Shown here: positions 11,404 to 24,389 of the stretch, piece by piece | Numbering within the stretch: position 1 is the first letter of the stretch | How the letters are laid out: every line of letters begins with the position of its first letter | Assembly (NCBI RefSeq): GCF_963921235.1 | Contig: NC_086108.1 | Span: 79,300,001 to 79,364,000, forward strand | Origin: Mobula hypostoma | Lineage: Eukaryota | DNA length: 64,000 bases | Direction of reading: 5' to 3' | Program-made: the position numbers and the translations under genes | The notes under the pieces: model-generated | The model's input: only the letters and a program-made list of their open reading frames with translations | Databases searched by the model: none | Told to the model about the DNA's origin: nothing

Positions 11404-14186
11404 AATTATTACTTGAGTGTGATTTGCTGATCTCTCCACACTCGTTATGCACTGAGAAAACTAAGTAATGCAGACATTGCCCGTAATAGTTGCTATCTCA
11501 TTTCTTTGTGTCATTAATCAATAATTGCTTAGTAAAGGAGCTTTGGCCACTTTCTGTTATGCATTGGTATCATATTTATCTCAAAATGACACCAATTTAA
11601 TCAGAGAAGAACTAGCAACTAAAACACCACCCATCCCCAGGTTTTGCTGGGGATTGGTTCAATAAGCAGCCAATCAAAACTGCCAGAAATTGTCCCTGTT
11701 TAGCCACCTGGTGTGTCGAATGAATGAACACAATATGGACAATTTCTGTCCTTTCTTTTGGGTGAGAATGGGAAAAATAGTAGTGTACTGCTTACCATCA
11801 CTTCAGACCAGCAGCAGAGAAATTATTGTTTCCTGACTGATTCCTTAAAAAATAAATAATTAATGCCGTCCTCTCTGCTGCAGCTGTATGATTAATAAGC
11901 TAACACAGCTGCATAATTCAGAATAAGAGTTGTTTTCAAATTCTCAGCATAATAAAGCTTTAAATTTCAAATCTCTTTCTTTTACCGAGTTGGTCATATT
12001 CTGAGTTTATCTCAGCTTTTTGGGAAAATTTATCTCAAGCTTTTAAAATTTCCTTGCAGATTTTTGAAATAATTCAGAATAATTCATAACTTTTGAAGGC
12101 CCTTTTGCACTAGCAAAATGCATTGTTCTGTAATGATTATGAAAGGAAAATATAGAAGTCTGAAATGAGAACACAAAATGCTGGAAGCACTCCACAAGCT
12201 TGACCTCCTGAGTACGACCGGTAATTTCTGTTTTTGTTCCTGCAGTGAATTACCATTTTCTTTGATTCTCAGTACAAACAAAATTAAGCAGAAGTCCAGT
12301 CGCCACCACTTTGCCAGCTTCTTTTTCCTGATTGCCCTTCTATAACTGCAGCAGCAGCCTCTGATGTAAAGTAGAAGTTTATTTTGGTGAACCTGAGTCT
12401 CAGAACTCCACCGGGAAAAGTCGGAAACAGAACATTACATCCTATTACAAGAACATCAGAGGATATACAGGAGTAGACCACCAGGCCTCTTAAGCCTGCC
12501 TTGCCATTCAATATGTTCATGGCTGATCTATACCAGCCTCAACCCTTCGTCTGTACCAGTTCCTCATTCCTTCAATTCCTCACTCTTTTAAATACTTATC
12601 TACACCTTAATGATCTGACCTTCTTCATTACTGCTCAGAAGGACTCGTTTCTGCTCTGTTTCACTCTAAAGTTTATACTTGGCAAATATAAACACAATTG
12701 AAAAAAATGTCCTCTGGAAATTCCTTGGGGAGAATTCATAGTTCAGAAAGCCAGTGTCAACACGTTATGAGATTTGGTTGGCCCCCATCTTTGGGCTTCT
12801 TTTTTGTTCTGGATAGAAGTAGCTACTCCCCTGCTTCTGTTTTGGGACCTCCCTAGGATTAGGGATAAAGTAAACTGGATGTAAACCTACGGGTACTCTC
12901 CAAAAACCTGCTGCCATGCATACGATTAGTTCTCATCCTCCTTACCATGGACTTTATTCAATGCAAGTACTTAGCTCCGGAAAGATATAAAATGCCAAGT
13001 AACTGCAGCAAGAGCTGAACGTTATAGATGGAATGAATAGGTGACAAGGTTTGCTTTGTATTGCATCTCTTGATCTCCTGGTAGTTTTTGCTGTTGACTT
13101 CAGCTCTGTTGATCCAGTAACTTGCTTCTGCCTGTCACTGAAGACTATCTATCAGTGACTGCGGAGTGTGACTCACGGTGGGCCACAGCTGGCTGATGCT
13201 TTTATCAGTGGCTTGCCACTCTCTCTCAGGGCTGTTTGTTATTGTTTAACATTAAGCTCTCCATTGGATACACAGTCAGCTTGGATCACATTAAATTATG
13301 CCCTGTTTAAAGACATGAATCCCCATTTCTAGTCCCAGAGCCTGACTTAGTTCATTTCTACAAGAAAAGTGAAAAGAAGCCCATTTGGCTGAAATAATAG
13401 ACATGAATGTGACTATGCCTGAGTATTTTCTTGTTCTTTAAATTTATCTGTCATCTATGACTGCGAACATAGCAATATTGTAGCATCACATTTACAGTGA
13501 TATCTTTGCAAGAAAGTATCAACTGATTTATCTTCAATAGAAATACGTTTTCTGCATGTCTTAAAACTCTCCAGGCTCACCTTTAAACAAGAAATTATTG
13601 TCAATATAACATCCCTTTCTCCCTCCCATATTAGCTGATACTGTTAGTGGCTCTCTTCAAATTTCCTGTTATCATCTTTCTCCTCAGGAGCGCCCCCAAA
13701 TCTGAAATTTTGTCTTGTAAACTATAATCCCATTGTCATGTTCCCTTTCCTTCCCAAATATGTTCTCCCACCTAGATCTAAACTCATCAATCCAAGAATT
13801 CCATGTTCAAATTCCTTCAGCCACACTTCTGGCCATAGGTTTCATCAGTCACTAATTACCTGTATTTCATATGCAAATGTAATCTCTCTCCGCATCTTTC
13901 TCAGCTTTTAACATATTTGACCGCACCATCCACTTGAGTGGATTACATCCTTTTGATTTCATTCTTATCTCAAAGGTCAAAGTAAAATTTATTATCGAAG
14001 AACATATATGTCATCATATAATACCCTGATATTCAATTCTTTACAGGCAACCACAGAAGAACAAAGAAATACAACAGAATCAATAAAAAACTACACATAA
14101 AGACTGACAATTAACAAATGTGCAAAAGAATACAAGCAAATGCAAATAATAATACAAATACAAATAAAAATAATAATAATAATAAT

Positions 14187-15748
14187 CGACCTAACAATAG
14201 CACTGTAGAATTTATAGATACACTTAAACAAAAGCTTGATGCATACAAAGCCAGACTAAATAGGTACATGAAATGTGCCAGACGAAGAAAACAGAATTAT
14301 CAGTTCAGGGACAATAAAAAAGGTTTATACAGGACATTGAACCTAAATTTGATGCTTCAAAATGTCACCAACCCTAGCACAAAATTATGAAAAAACACAG
14401 AGATAATGAACTTTTGGTCTAATATGTGGTCAAACAGGGTGACACACAATCAAGAAGCAAGCTGAATTAGGAGGAAAAGAGCACACTCACACAATTGAAG
14501 ACACGCAAACACCTGAAGTTCAAATGGATACAGTATTCATAATTATTGGTAAAAAAATGAGTTGCTTTCATCTGTACATATTAATACATATAAACAATAT
14601 TTTTAAAAATCCTGAAAAAGTTCCCAAATTCTTATGAAGTTAAAATGTATCTCTTACCTAAAGGAGAAATCACAAATGACCCATCAAAATATTGTTCCAT
14701 TACTTGTTTACAAACCATATATATAATTGTAACATCATGCATCTTGCAGCTAACCACCACTCACTTAGATAACCACTTAGATTCTGTCCCACTCTCATGG
14801 TTAATAGAAACTCTTAACATATATAAACTACACCCAATACTTGTGAAATTCTTGCAACATCCGATGGAGCTTTGTCTTACTATAATCAGCCCATCTATTA
14901 AAAACCAAAAAAAAGAACAGTCACCATTATCAAAATAAATCGAGGCATTTTCCAGAGTGACTTTCTAAGCCAACTATGGTTTTACCTAGTTTAAATCCAC
15001 CCTTTAATTTACTGAATCAGATGAAAAAAGGGTATCAAGGGAAAAACAAGGACTGAAATGACGTATTTTAGAAAACACTACAAGGGGTGATTGATAAGTT
15101 CGTGGCCTAAGGTAGAAAGAGATGAGTTATACAGCTCTCATTACATGCATGTGTAGTTCAACTCTTTGAGTGAAATGCAGAAAGTTTGAAGTTAATAACT
15201 CATCTCCTTCTACCTTAGGCCACAAACTTATCATTCACCCCTCGTACATATACTTGAATGCATTCAGATTAACACTACCTAGGACAGAAGGAGGAAGAGA
15301 AATAACAGACATAAAGTACTTACACAACATCCAGAGAAAACTTCTAAGGAATTATTTTCATTAACGAAAATGGGATTCAGCACATGCAATGCTGGTAAGT
15401 ATACACCACTAAACTTAAATGAAACACACCCCAGAAAAATGAAGAAATTATCACTTCAGAAGAAGTTAACCAGAGGAAGAGCATGACCACCACGGAAGAC
15501 ATCCTCACGATCTGAGAAGACTAGATGTCGACAAGGAAGTATTGAATACCTGGCTCAGTGTTGGAGACTTCTTCCTAGAATCATCAGGGTTCGTTGTGGT
15601 CAACAAAACTGTGTGGTTAATACAAAAATTTATCAAAAACACAAAATAAAAGACCAACAAACTCAAGACGATAAATGCAGAAAATGTCAAGGGAAACCAG
15701 AAACAATCCAACACATTACAGGATCCAGCTTGAGTTGAGAAAAAAAAT
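14187..15748 (+). mobile_element. R4/Dong-clade non-LTR retrotransposon, internally deleted and decayed
   Basis: LKQKLDAYKARLNRY, YLLPKGEITNDPSKYCSITCL, DSVPLSWL, RGIFQSD, RLTLPRTEGGR, DDKCRKCQGKPETIQHITG; starts after (AAT)n. Confidence 0.8.
15081..15244. mobile_element. Mariner-type MITE (164 bp)
   Basis: 50-bp imperfect TIRs 15081-15130 / 15195-15244; TA duplication at 15079-15080 and 15245-15246. Confidence 0.9.
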
Positions 15749-15790
15749 AATAAGTAATTAAGTAAATAATACTGAGAACATGAGTTGTAG

Positions 15791-15893
15791 GGCAACACAA
15801 ACAAAATGCTGGAGGAACTCAGTAGGCCAGGTAGCATCTATGGAAAAGGGTAAATAGTCGATGTTTCGAGCCAAGACCCTTTTTCAGGACTGA
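15791..15893 (-). mobile_element. Short PLE terminal fragment with degenerate hammerhead (15856-15891)
   Basis: 8-bp TSD AGTTGTAG (15783-15790 / 15894-15901); AGUC-CUGAAAA-...-GAAA-CA-UC-GACU. Confidence 0.8.
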
Positions 15894-16120
15894 AGTTGTA
15901 GAGTCCTTGAAAGTGAGTCCATACGTTGTGGAGTCAGTTCAGTGTTGAGGTGGGTGAAGTTATCCATGGTGGTTCAGGAGCTTGATAGCTGAAAGATAAT
16001 AACTGTTTCTTCTGTTAGTTAGTTGTAATATAGTTGTAACCATAAAAGTCTCCTTGAATAGCTTCTCTTCCTTCAGTCAAATTGAGTAAAGCCAGCATGG
16101 AAGACAAATACGATTGTCAT

Positions 16121-19100
16121 CTGAGAAGATGGCAGCTCGACGGCAGCACGCGCGGCCACTTCGGTGGTGATGTCTGTTATCTGTCAAGTAGGGGACCGTG
16201 CACAATTCTGATTTGATGGAGACAGATGTGAGAGCATGGAGGAGCATCTGGAAAACTTCTGAAATGTCCTAGGGTGAGCATTTGTAACTGTTGTTCAGGA
16301 GGATTTAAACTAATGTGGCAAGGGGATGGGAACAAGTGCAGAGAGACAGAGGGGTGTAAAATGAGGGTAGAAGCAAAAAGTAGTAAGGTGAAAAGTAGAA
16401 GTGGCAGGCCGGCAAATCCAGGACAAAAATCAAAAAGGGCCACTTTTCAACATAATTATATAAGGGCTATGAGTGATGTAAAAGCAAGCCTGAAGGCTTT
16501 GTGTGTCAATGCAAGGAGCATTCGTAACAAGGTGGATGAATTAAAAGTGCAGATTGTTATTAATGAATATGATATGGTTGGGATCGCAGAGACATGGCTC
16601 CAGGGTGACCAAGGGTGGGAGCTCAACATTCAGGGATATTCAATATTCAGGAGGGATAGACATGAAAGAAAAGGAGGTGGGGTAGCATTGCTGGTTAGAG
16701 AGGAGATTAACGCAATAGAAAGGAAGGACATTAGCCGGGAGGATGTGGAATGGATATAGGTAGAGCTGCATAACACTAAGGGGCAGAAAACACTGGTGGG
16801 AGTTGTGTACAGGCCACCTAACAGTAGTAGTGAGGTTGGGGATGGCATTAAACAGGAAATTAGAAATGCGTGCAATAAAGGAACAGCAGTTATAATGGGT
16901 GACTTCAATCTACATATAGATTGGGTGAACCAAATTGGTAAGGGTGCTGAGGAAGAGGATTTCTTGGAATGTATGCGGAATGGTTTTCTGAGCCAAAATG
17001 TCGAGGAACCAATAAGAGAGCAGGCCATTCTAGACTGGGTATTGAGCAATGAGGAAGGGTTCATTAGCAATCTTGTCGTGAGAGGCCCCTTGGGTAAGAG
17101 TGACTATAATATGGTGGAATTCTTCATTAAGATGGAGAGTGACATAGTTAATTCAGAAACAAAGGTTCTGATCTTAAAGAAGGGTAACTCTAAAGGTATG
17201 AGACGTAAATTAGCTAAGATAGACTGGCAAATGATACCTAAAGGGTTGACGGTGGATATGCAATGGCAAGCATTTAAAGATCACATGGATGAACTACAAC
17301 AATTGTTCATCCCAGTTTGGCAAAAGAATAAACCAGGGAAGGTAGTGCACCCATGGCTGACAAGGGAAATTAGGGATAGTATCAATTCCAAAGAAGAAAC
17401 ATACAAATTAGCCAGAAAAAGCGGCTCACCTGAGGATTGGGAGAAATTCAGAGTCCAGCAGAGGAGGACAAAGGGCTTAATTAGGAAAGGGAAAAAAGAT
17501 TATGAGAGAAAACTGGCAGGGAACATAAAACCTGACTGTAAAAGCTTTTATAGATATATGAAAAGAAAAAGATTGGTTAAGGCAAATGTAGGTCCCTTAC
17601 AGTCAGAAACAGCTGAATTGATCATGGGGAACAAGGACATGGCAGACCAATTGAATAACTACTTAGGTTCTGTCTTCACTAAGGAGGACATAAATAATCT
17701 TCCGGAAATAGTAGGGGGCAGAGGGTCTAGTGAGATGGAGTAACTGAGGGAAATACATGTTAGTAGGGAAGTGGTGTTAGGTAAATTGAAGGGATTAAAG
17801 GTAAATAAATCCCCAGGGCCAGATGGTCTGCATCCCAGAGTGCTTAAGGAAGTAGCCCAAGAAATAGTGGGTGCATTGGTGATAACTTTTCAAAACTCTT
17901 TAGATTCTGGATTAGTTCCTGAGGATTGGAGAGTGGCTAATGTAACCCAGCTTTTTCAAAAAGGAGGGAGAGAGAAACCAGGAATTATAGACTGGTTAGC
18001 CTAACATTGGTGGTGGGGAAAATGCTAGAGTCAGTTATCAAAGATGTGATAACAGCACATTTGGAAAGTGGTGAAATCATCAGACAAAGTCAGCATAGAT
18101 TTGTGAAAGGAAAATCATGTCTGACGAATCTCATAGAATTTTTTGAGGATGTAACTAGTAGAGTGGATAGGGGAGAACCAGTGGATGTGGTATATTTGGA
18201 TTTTCAAAAGGCTTTTGACAAGGTCTCACACAGGAGATTAGTGTGCAAACTTAAAGCACACGGTACTGGGGGTATGGTATTGACGTGGATAGAGAAATGG
18301 TTGGCAGACAGGAAGCAAAGAGTGGGAATAAACAGGACCTTTTCAGAATGGCAGGCAGTAACTGGTGGGGTACTGCAAGGCTCAGTGCTGGGACCCCAGT
18401 TGTTTACAATATATATTAATGACTTAGATGAGGGAATTAAATGCAGCATCTCCAAGTTTGCTGATGACATGAAGCTGGGCAGCAGTGTTAGCTGTGAGGA
18501 GGATGCTAAGAGGATGCAGGGTGACTTGGATAGGTTAGGTGCGTGGGCAAATTCATGGCAGATGCAATTTAATGTGGATAAATGTAAGGTTATCCACTTT
18601 GGTGGCAAAAACAGGAAAACAGATTATTATCTGAATGGTGGCCAATTGGGAAAAGGGGAGGTGCAACGAGACCTGGGGAAAAGGAGAGGTACACCAGTCA
18701 TTAAAAGTGGGCATGCAGGTACAGCAGGCGGTGAAAAAGGCAAATGGTATGCTGGCATTCATAGCAAGAGGATTCGAGTACAGGAGCAGGGAGGTACTAC
18801 TGCAGTTGTACAAGGCCTTGGTGAGACTGCACCTGGAGCATTGTGTGCAGTTTTGGTCCCCTAATCTGAGGAAAGACATTCTAGCCATAGGGGGAGTACA
18901 AAGAAGGTTCATCAGATTGATTCCTGGCATGGCAGGGCTTTCATATGATGAAAGACTGGATTGACTAGGCTTATACTCGCTGGAATTTGCAAGATTGAGG
19001 GGGGATCTTATTGAAACGTATAAAATCCTAAAGGGAGTGGACAAGCTAGATGCAGGAAGATTGTTCCCAATGTTGGGGAAGTCCAGAACGAGGGGTCACA

Positions 19101-19935
19101 GTTTAAGGATAAAGGGGAAACCTTTCAGGACCAAGATGAGGAAAAACTTCTTCACACAGAAAGTGGTGAATCTGTGGAATTCTCTGCCACAGGAAACAGT
19201 TGAGGCCAGTTCATTGGCTATGTTTAAGAGGGAGTTAGATATGGCCCTTGTGGCTAGAGGGATCAGGGGTTATGGAGAGAAGGCAGGTAGAGGGTTCTGA
19301 GTTGGATGATCAGCCATGATCATACTGAATGGCGGTGCAGGCTCAAAGGGCCAAATGGCCTATTCCTGCACCTATTTTCTATGTTTCTATGTTTCTATGC
19401 CTGCTTTGCTGCCGCTGCTACTGTGTGGTAACCAGAATCTCCGGAGCAGAAGGCCCCGAAATCCTCAGCTTTGCATGTTTCAGTGGCCGGGGCGAGGTCG
19501 AAGGCGCTCGGCAGAGGATGGCGCTCGGGAGGCTGTATCAAAGAGGCTGGTCAGAAGCTCGAAGTTTTTGGACAGATGGACTCAGTGTTGGCTGTGGTCG
19601 GCTGCTTCCAAGGCATCGGCAAATTGATGGTGCCTGGAGGTTTATGGCAGGAAACTTCTCCCTTCTGCTGTCTGCTATCAGGGACTCGGGAGTCGATCGA
19701 CTTGGGGACTTTTGAGACTTTATTTACTGTGCCCATGGTTTGTTCTTCATCAAATTATGGTATTGCTCTGCTCTGCTGTAACTATATGTTATAATTATGT
19801 AGTTCTGTCAGTGTTAGTCTTTGGTTTGCCCTGTTTTCTGTGATATCACTCCAGAGAAACATTGTATCATTTCTTAATGCACGTATGCATTTCTAAATGA
19901 CAATAAAAAGAGGACTGAGTGTTCTCATGATCTAA
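16121..19935 (+). mobile_element. Non-coding non-autonomous retroelement (AAGATGGC 5' end, ATGACAATAAA tail), split by a CR1
   Basis: Starts gagaagatggcagctcg; GC/CpG-rich body resumes at 19399; ends ctaaatgacaataaaaagagg. Confidence 0.6.
16270..19398 (+). mobile_element. CR1 LINE: last codons of ORF1 plus complete but disrupted ORF2
   Basis: ORF pieces 16274-16759, 16796-17743, 17771-18004, 18007-18864, 18635-18964 and 18995-19300 are colinear with the intact ORF2 at 37378-40392; (TTTCTATG)3 tail. Confidence 0.95.
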
Positions 19936-20109
19936 CTCTGGGTTCTGCTGGTGTTATTTTATTGATTGTCTTTGTTATCGTGGTAGAGATCACCACATAG
20001 GAAATGTACATTCTCTTTAGGATGCATTGGAAAAACCTTAACAGAGATAAATAATAAAGCATAGAAATATAAATGGAATAAACCTTATTCTTCATTACTT
20101 TTAAGTCAA

Positions 20110-20660
20110 GGGGCTGGTCATGTCACGCCTTCCAGACAATCTTGACCCACTGCAATTCGCTTTCATAGAAAGCATCCAATCTGGATGCATGACGGCTTTG
20201 CATGGCAACTATTCTGACTGTGACCACAAAAAACTGCAAAGAGTTGTGGACGCAGCTCAGAACATCCTAGAAAACATCATAGTCTCCTCTGCAGACACTG
20301 TCTATACTTTTCACTGCCTCATTAAAGCAGCCAGTATAATCAAAGCCCCCAACCACGCTGAATATTTTCTCTTCTTCTTTTCATCAGGCAGAAGATGCAA
20401 AAGCATGAAAGCACAAACAACCAGGATGTCTCTTCTGCTATTATAAGAATATTGAATGGATTGCTAATACAATATGGTGGACTCTTAATTTCACAGCTTA
20501 AGTCATTGTGACCTTGTTCCTTACTGTCTACCTGCACTGCATTTTCTCTGTACTGAATACCCTTGCATTACCTCAGTGCATATTTGTAATGAATTGATCA
20601 GTATGGATGGTAGCAAGACATAATTTTCACTGTACCTCAGTACATTTGATAATAATAATA
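20110..20660 (+). mobile_element. Rex1/Babar LINE, internally deleted fragment
   Basis: LDPLQFA fused directly to IESIQSGCMTALHGN...LQRVVDAAQ...KAASIIK. Confidence 0.75.
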
Positions 20661-20674
20661 AACCAATAATAATA

Positions 20675-22835
20675 AGAATTTACTTCAAGGTTTAAGAAAA
20701 TCTGCCAAACGGAGTTCAAAAGTAAAAATATAACAAAGGCAATAAACACTTCTGGTATACCCATAGTAACATATTCTTTTGACATATTATCTTGGTCTGG
20801 AAGATCTAGAAAACTTACAAAGCAAAATATGAATTGAAATTACAAATTTTATAAAACACTATGTACACTATGGGTGCATTTAGATTAACACTACCTGGGA
20901 CAGAAGGAGGAAGAGGAATAACTGACATAAAGTACTGACACAACAGTCAGAGAAAACTTCTAAGGAATTATTTTCATTAATGAAAACAGGATTCAGCATA
21001 TGCAATTCTGATAAGAAGTACATCACACTAAATGTAAATGAAAGCACAACCCAGAAAAATGAAGGAATTATTACAACAGAGGAAAAAGTTAACCAATGGA
21101 AGAGCGTGACCCTCCAGGGAAGACATCCGCATGATCTGAGCAGACTAGATGTCGACAAGAGTGGAGACCTCTTCCAATACAGGCCCAGGTGCTTAACAAG
21201 AAAAATTATCAAAAAATACGTAATGAAAGACTAATAAATTCAAGATGATAAATTCAGAAAATGTCAAGAGAAACCAGAAACAATCCACACATTGCAAGAC
21301 CTGCAGCAGTTAATTTAATCTGATTACTTACAGAGACACAATCAAGAGGCAAATATCGTTCACCAAAATCTTGCTTTAAAATACAAACTCATAAAAAACA
21401 CCATACCTTACTATAAATACAAGCCTGATCCAGTTTTAGAGTCAGAGTCCTACAAATTATATTATGACTGGTCCATTATTACAGAAATTTGCCAAAACCT
21501 AATGAAATTGAAACTTTAATTCAAAAAGGGAAAATTAAAAAATGTATTTCTTGTATGTATAATTTGATTCAAAAACAGACAATTAAACAAGGAATTCATA
21601 AGTCAAAACAAAAATGGGAAACAGATCTGAATATTAATATTGATGAAACAAATTGGTCAAGACTCTGTCTTGACAGTATGACAAATACAATAAATGTTCG
21701 ACTTAGATTAGTACAATATAATTTTTTACATCAATTATATATTACACCACAAAAAATAAATAGATTAAATTCAAATCTATCCGATAAATGCTTTGGGTGT
21801 AATCAAGAAATTGGTACTTCCTTACATTCTACTTGGTCTTGTTTTAAAATTCAACCCTTCTGGATAAATTTAAGAGTCTTATTGGAACAAATTACTGGAA
21901 CTCAACTTCCACATAACCCTGTATTATTTCTATTAGGTGATATTGAAGGGATAAAGCCGAAACTTAAATTGAATAAATATCAGAAAGAATTTATAAAAAT
22001 TGCATTGGCAGTAGCTAAGAAGACTATAGCAGTTACTTGGAAATCTGATTCGTATTTAAGTATGAATCGTTGGAATAATGAAATGGCTAGTTCTATTCCA
22101 CTCGAAAAAATTACTTATAATTTAAGAGATAAATATGTAACATTTTTGAATATTTGGCGCCCTTATTTACAAAAGATAGGATGGCATATTTAAGTGCTCC
22201 GATAAAGATCTTGGTCCCTTGGGGAAAGTAACAAATAAGTATACCAAATTTATTTTGAATTCCATGGAGCATGTGGAAACCTTCCAATACCCAGGCAGCT
22301 CTTCTTTTTTTCTTCTTTTCTTTTTTAGGTAGGACTTTATATGGGGGGGGGAGGGTTAAGGGGAGGGGGGAGGGTAGATATTATCTTTTCATGTATTCTT
22401 TTTGAAAACTCAATAAAAATTATATTAAAAAAAAAGAAATCTATAGTAACCAACCAGATATAATAATACAGGATAAACATGCAAGAACAACTTACTTAAT
22501 AGATATCATATTCCAAACAAACATAACATACAAAAATCAATAAATGAAAAACACCAGAAATATTCTGAATTAAAAGAGGAAATTGAAAGACTATGGAATA
22601 TGAAGAGAGTGTATATTGTCCCGATAGTAATATCTACAACTGGTATCAACCCAAAGTCACTACACTATAGTATTAAACATTTAAGGCTACACAGCAATAT
22701 CTATGTAAATCTCCAGAAAGTTGCAATACTAAACACCACTAAATAGTCTGAAAGTTTCTAGCAATTGAGAAATGAGTGTGTTGGCTATGCCCGTACCTCA
22801 GGTTTTACCAGTTTGAGGTGAGAAAAAAGCAAAAA
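20675..22835 (+). mobile_element. R4/Dong-clade element, 3' part (CCHC finger and restriction-like endonuclease), interrupted by L1
   Basis: WKSVTLQGRHP, RKCQEKPETIH, RHNQEANIVHQNL, QPDIIIQDK...YLIDI, KYSELKEEIERLW, IVPIVISTTG; (TAA)n-like sequence at both ends. Confidence 0.82.
21489..22434 (+). mobile_element. L1-clade LINE, 5'-truncated; open ORF2 C-terminus 21489-22193, 3' UTR and poly(A)
   Basis: KWETDL, RLVQYNFLHQLYITP, CFGC...H..WSC zinc knuckle, LFLLG, TWKS, LEKITY, IWRPY; AATAAA plus A tail; TSD AGAAAT (21483-21488 / 22435-22440). Confidence 0.9.
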
Positions 22836-24389
22836 TAATAATTATTATCATAAACCAACCAATTTTTTCACTGAATTTTTATTGCCTAAGTTTAGATTTC
22901 AGACAAAAATGTCAGGTGACACACAGTTCACATATTCTGGTAAACCTGGTGTAAAAAAGCCAGAGTTCATGTGGAATGCTATATATTGCAGTACTTTTGT
23001 TTACTTACAGGTTTGTTAGATGATGGTTGACTTCAGGTCAGTGAAAATAGTTGATGTTAAACTAGTTGATGTTAATAGTTAAACACTCATAAAGTGTCTA
23101 CCATAAAACACAAAATGCTTAGAACTAATCCCTTTTACACTTCAGCTTGGAAAAAATATAAATGAAAATATCAGAGATTAATTTGTACCGGCATTACACT
23201 GTTCATTGCAGCAATATTAATGACCAATTGTAATAATTGCCGTTATTTCCTAATAATACGGTTTCCAATACCTCTGTGTGAATTTGAAAAATGTTGATAA
23301 GCAAGTTACATGTCGGGGATTCCCCACTTGCCAGTTATAACTTCAGAGGAAGAGTAGCAGAAATTCGGGCAGATAAGGGAAACATCCCTATCAAGTTTCA
23401 CATCCTATCTCAGAAGACTCATACTTACGTGACATGCAGTGACATTAGAATCATACCCCTGCAAGAAATCAATGTCTTCACAAGAAAGTAAGTTGGTATG
23501 ATATAAAAAAGTGCAGAATGTGTTCTTACAGAAACAAATGTAAACAAAATACATATTCCAGTTTTTAATGCAAGCAATTCCATAGATTTGTTGACTAAAG
23601 CCACTTACTCACAGACTGCTGTTCTATTTTTTCATACAACATCCAGTAAACTTTCACATCCAAGAGAAAATCTGCAGATGCTGGAAATCCAAACAACACA
23701 AAGTACTGGAGGAACTCAGTAAACTTTTCTCATTTGCTTCATAACCTCATGCTAACTAATTTGCATGTATCGACATTGAATTCTACCTGCCAGATTGTTT
23801 GCCCAGTTGTGAAAAGAAACTAACTCCTTTGAATCTAATGCATGGTTTCTCCACTTTCGTTGCCCATTCTTTTGTTGTTCTTTTTAAATTTGCTTGCGTT
23901 ATCTTCTTGTAAGTTATATGTCTGCATGTTGAAAAGAGCATCAGCCTTGGGACCTTGATACTCTTGAGTATTTTATTCTGTACTGAAAATCTAATGCAGC
24001 AAGTGGAAAGTAGATAAGAGAGTTACCCAGTCTCCAAGTAGAGCCACATATGAGAAAATTATACAAATAAAAGGAGCCATTGATAAAGCATGTCATCTCC
24101 TAGAATTGAAGGTTGTTATCAGCTATAAAATTGACAGTAACAATTAAATTTATTTAGGCTTTTCAGTAAATGGTAGGGATTATCTTGTGATCCACTGCTG
24201 CTTTACCAGTCGTAGGTTCCAGTAAAGTATCACAGGGAGCTGTAAAGTACCGTAGTTATATTGTTGCGTGAGTAATCCGAAGTACTGGCACGGGGGCTTG
24301 GGCGGGTGGGGCAAGGGCATACAGAATAAATTCATTGCTCAAGAATAGTAAGGCTCAAATCCTCTGAGGAATTTGCAATTCGAAGCCAC

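Larger units (their letters stand above)
13970..16010 (-). mobile_element. Rex-type 3' fragment hosting the R4/Dong and PLE insertions
   Basis: Tail caaaggtcaaagtaaaatttattatc; sequence resumes after 15750 and after 15901. Confidence 0.55.

Noticed and set aside
13160..13250. Cluster of TGACTCA, CAGCTG and TGTTT motifs as an enhancer
   Set aside because: Short motifs expected by chance; needs conservation or chromatin data
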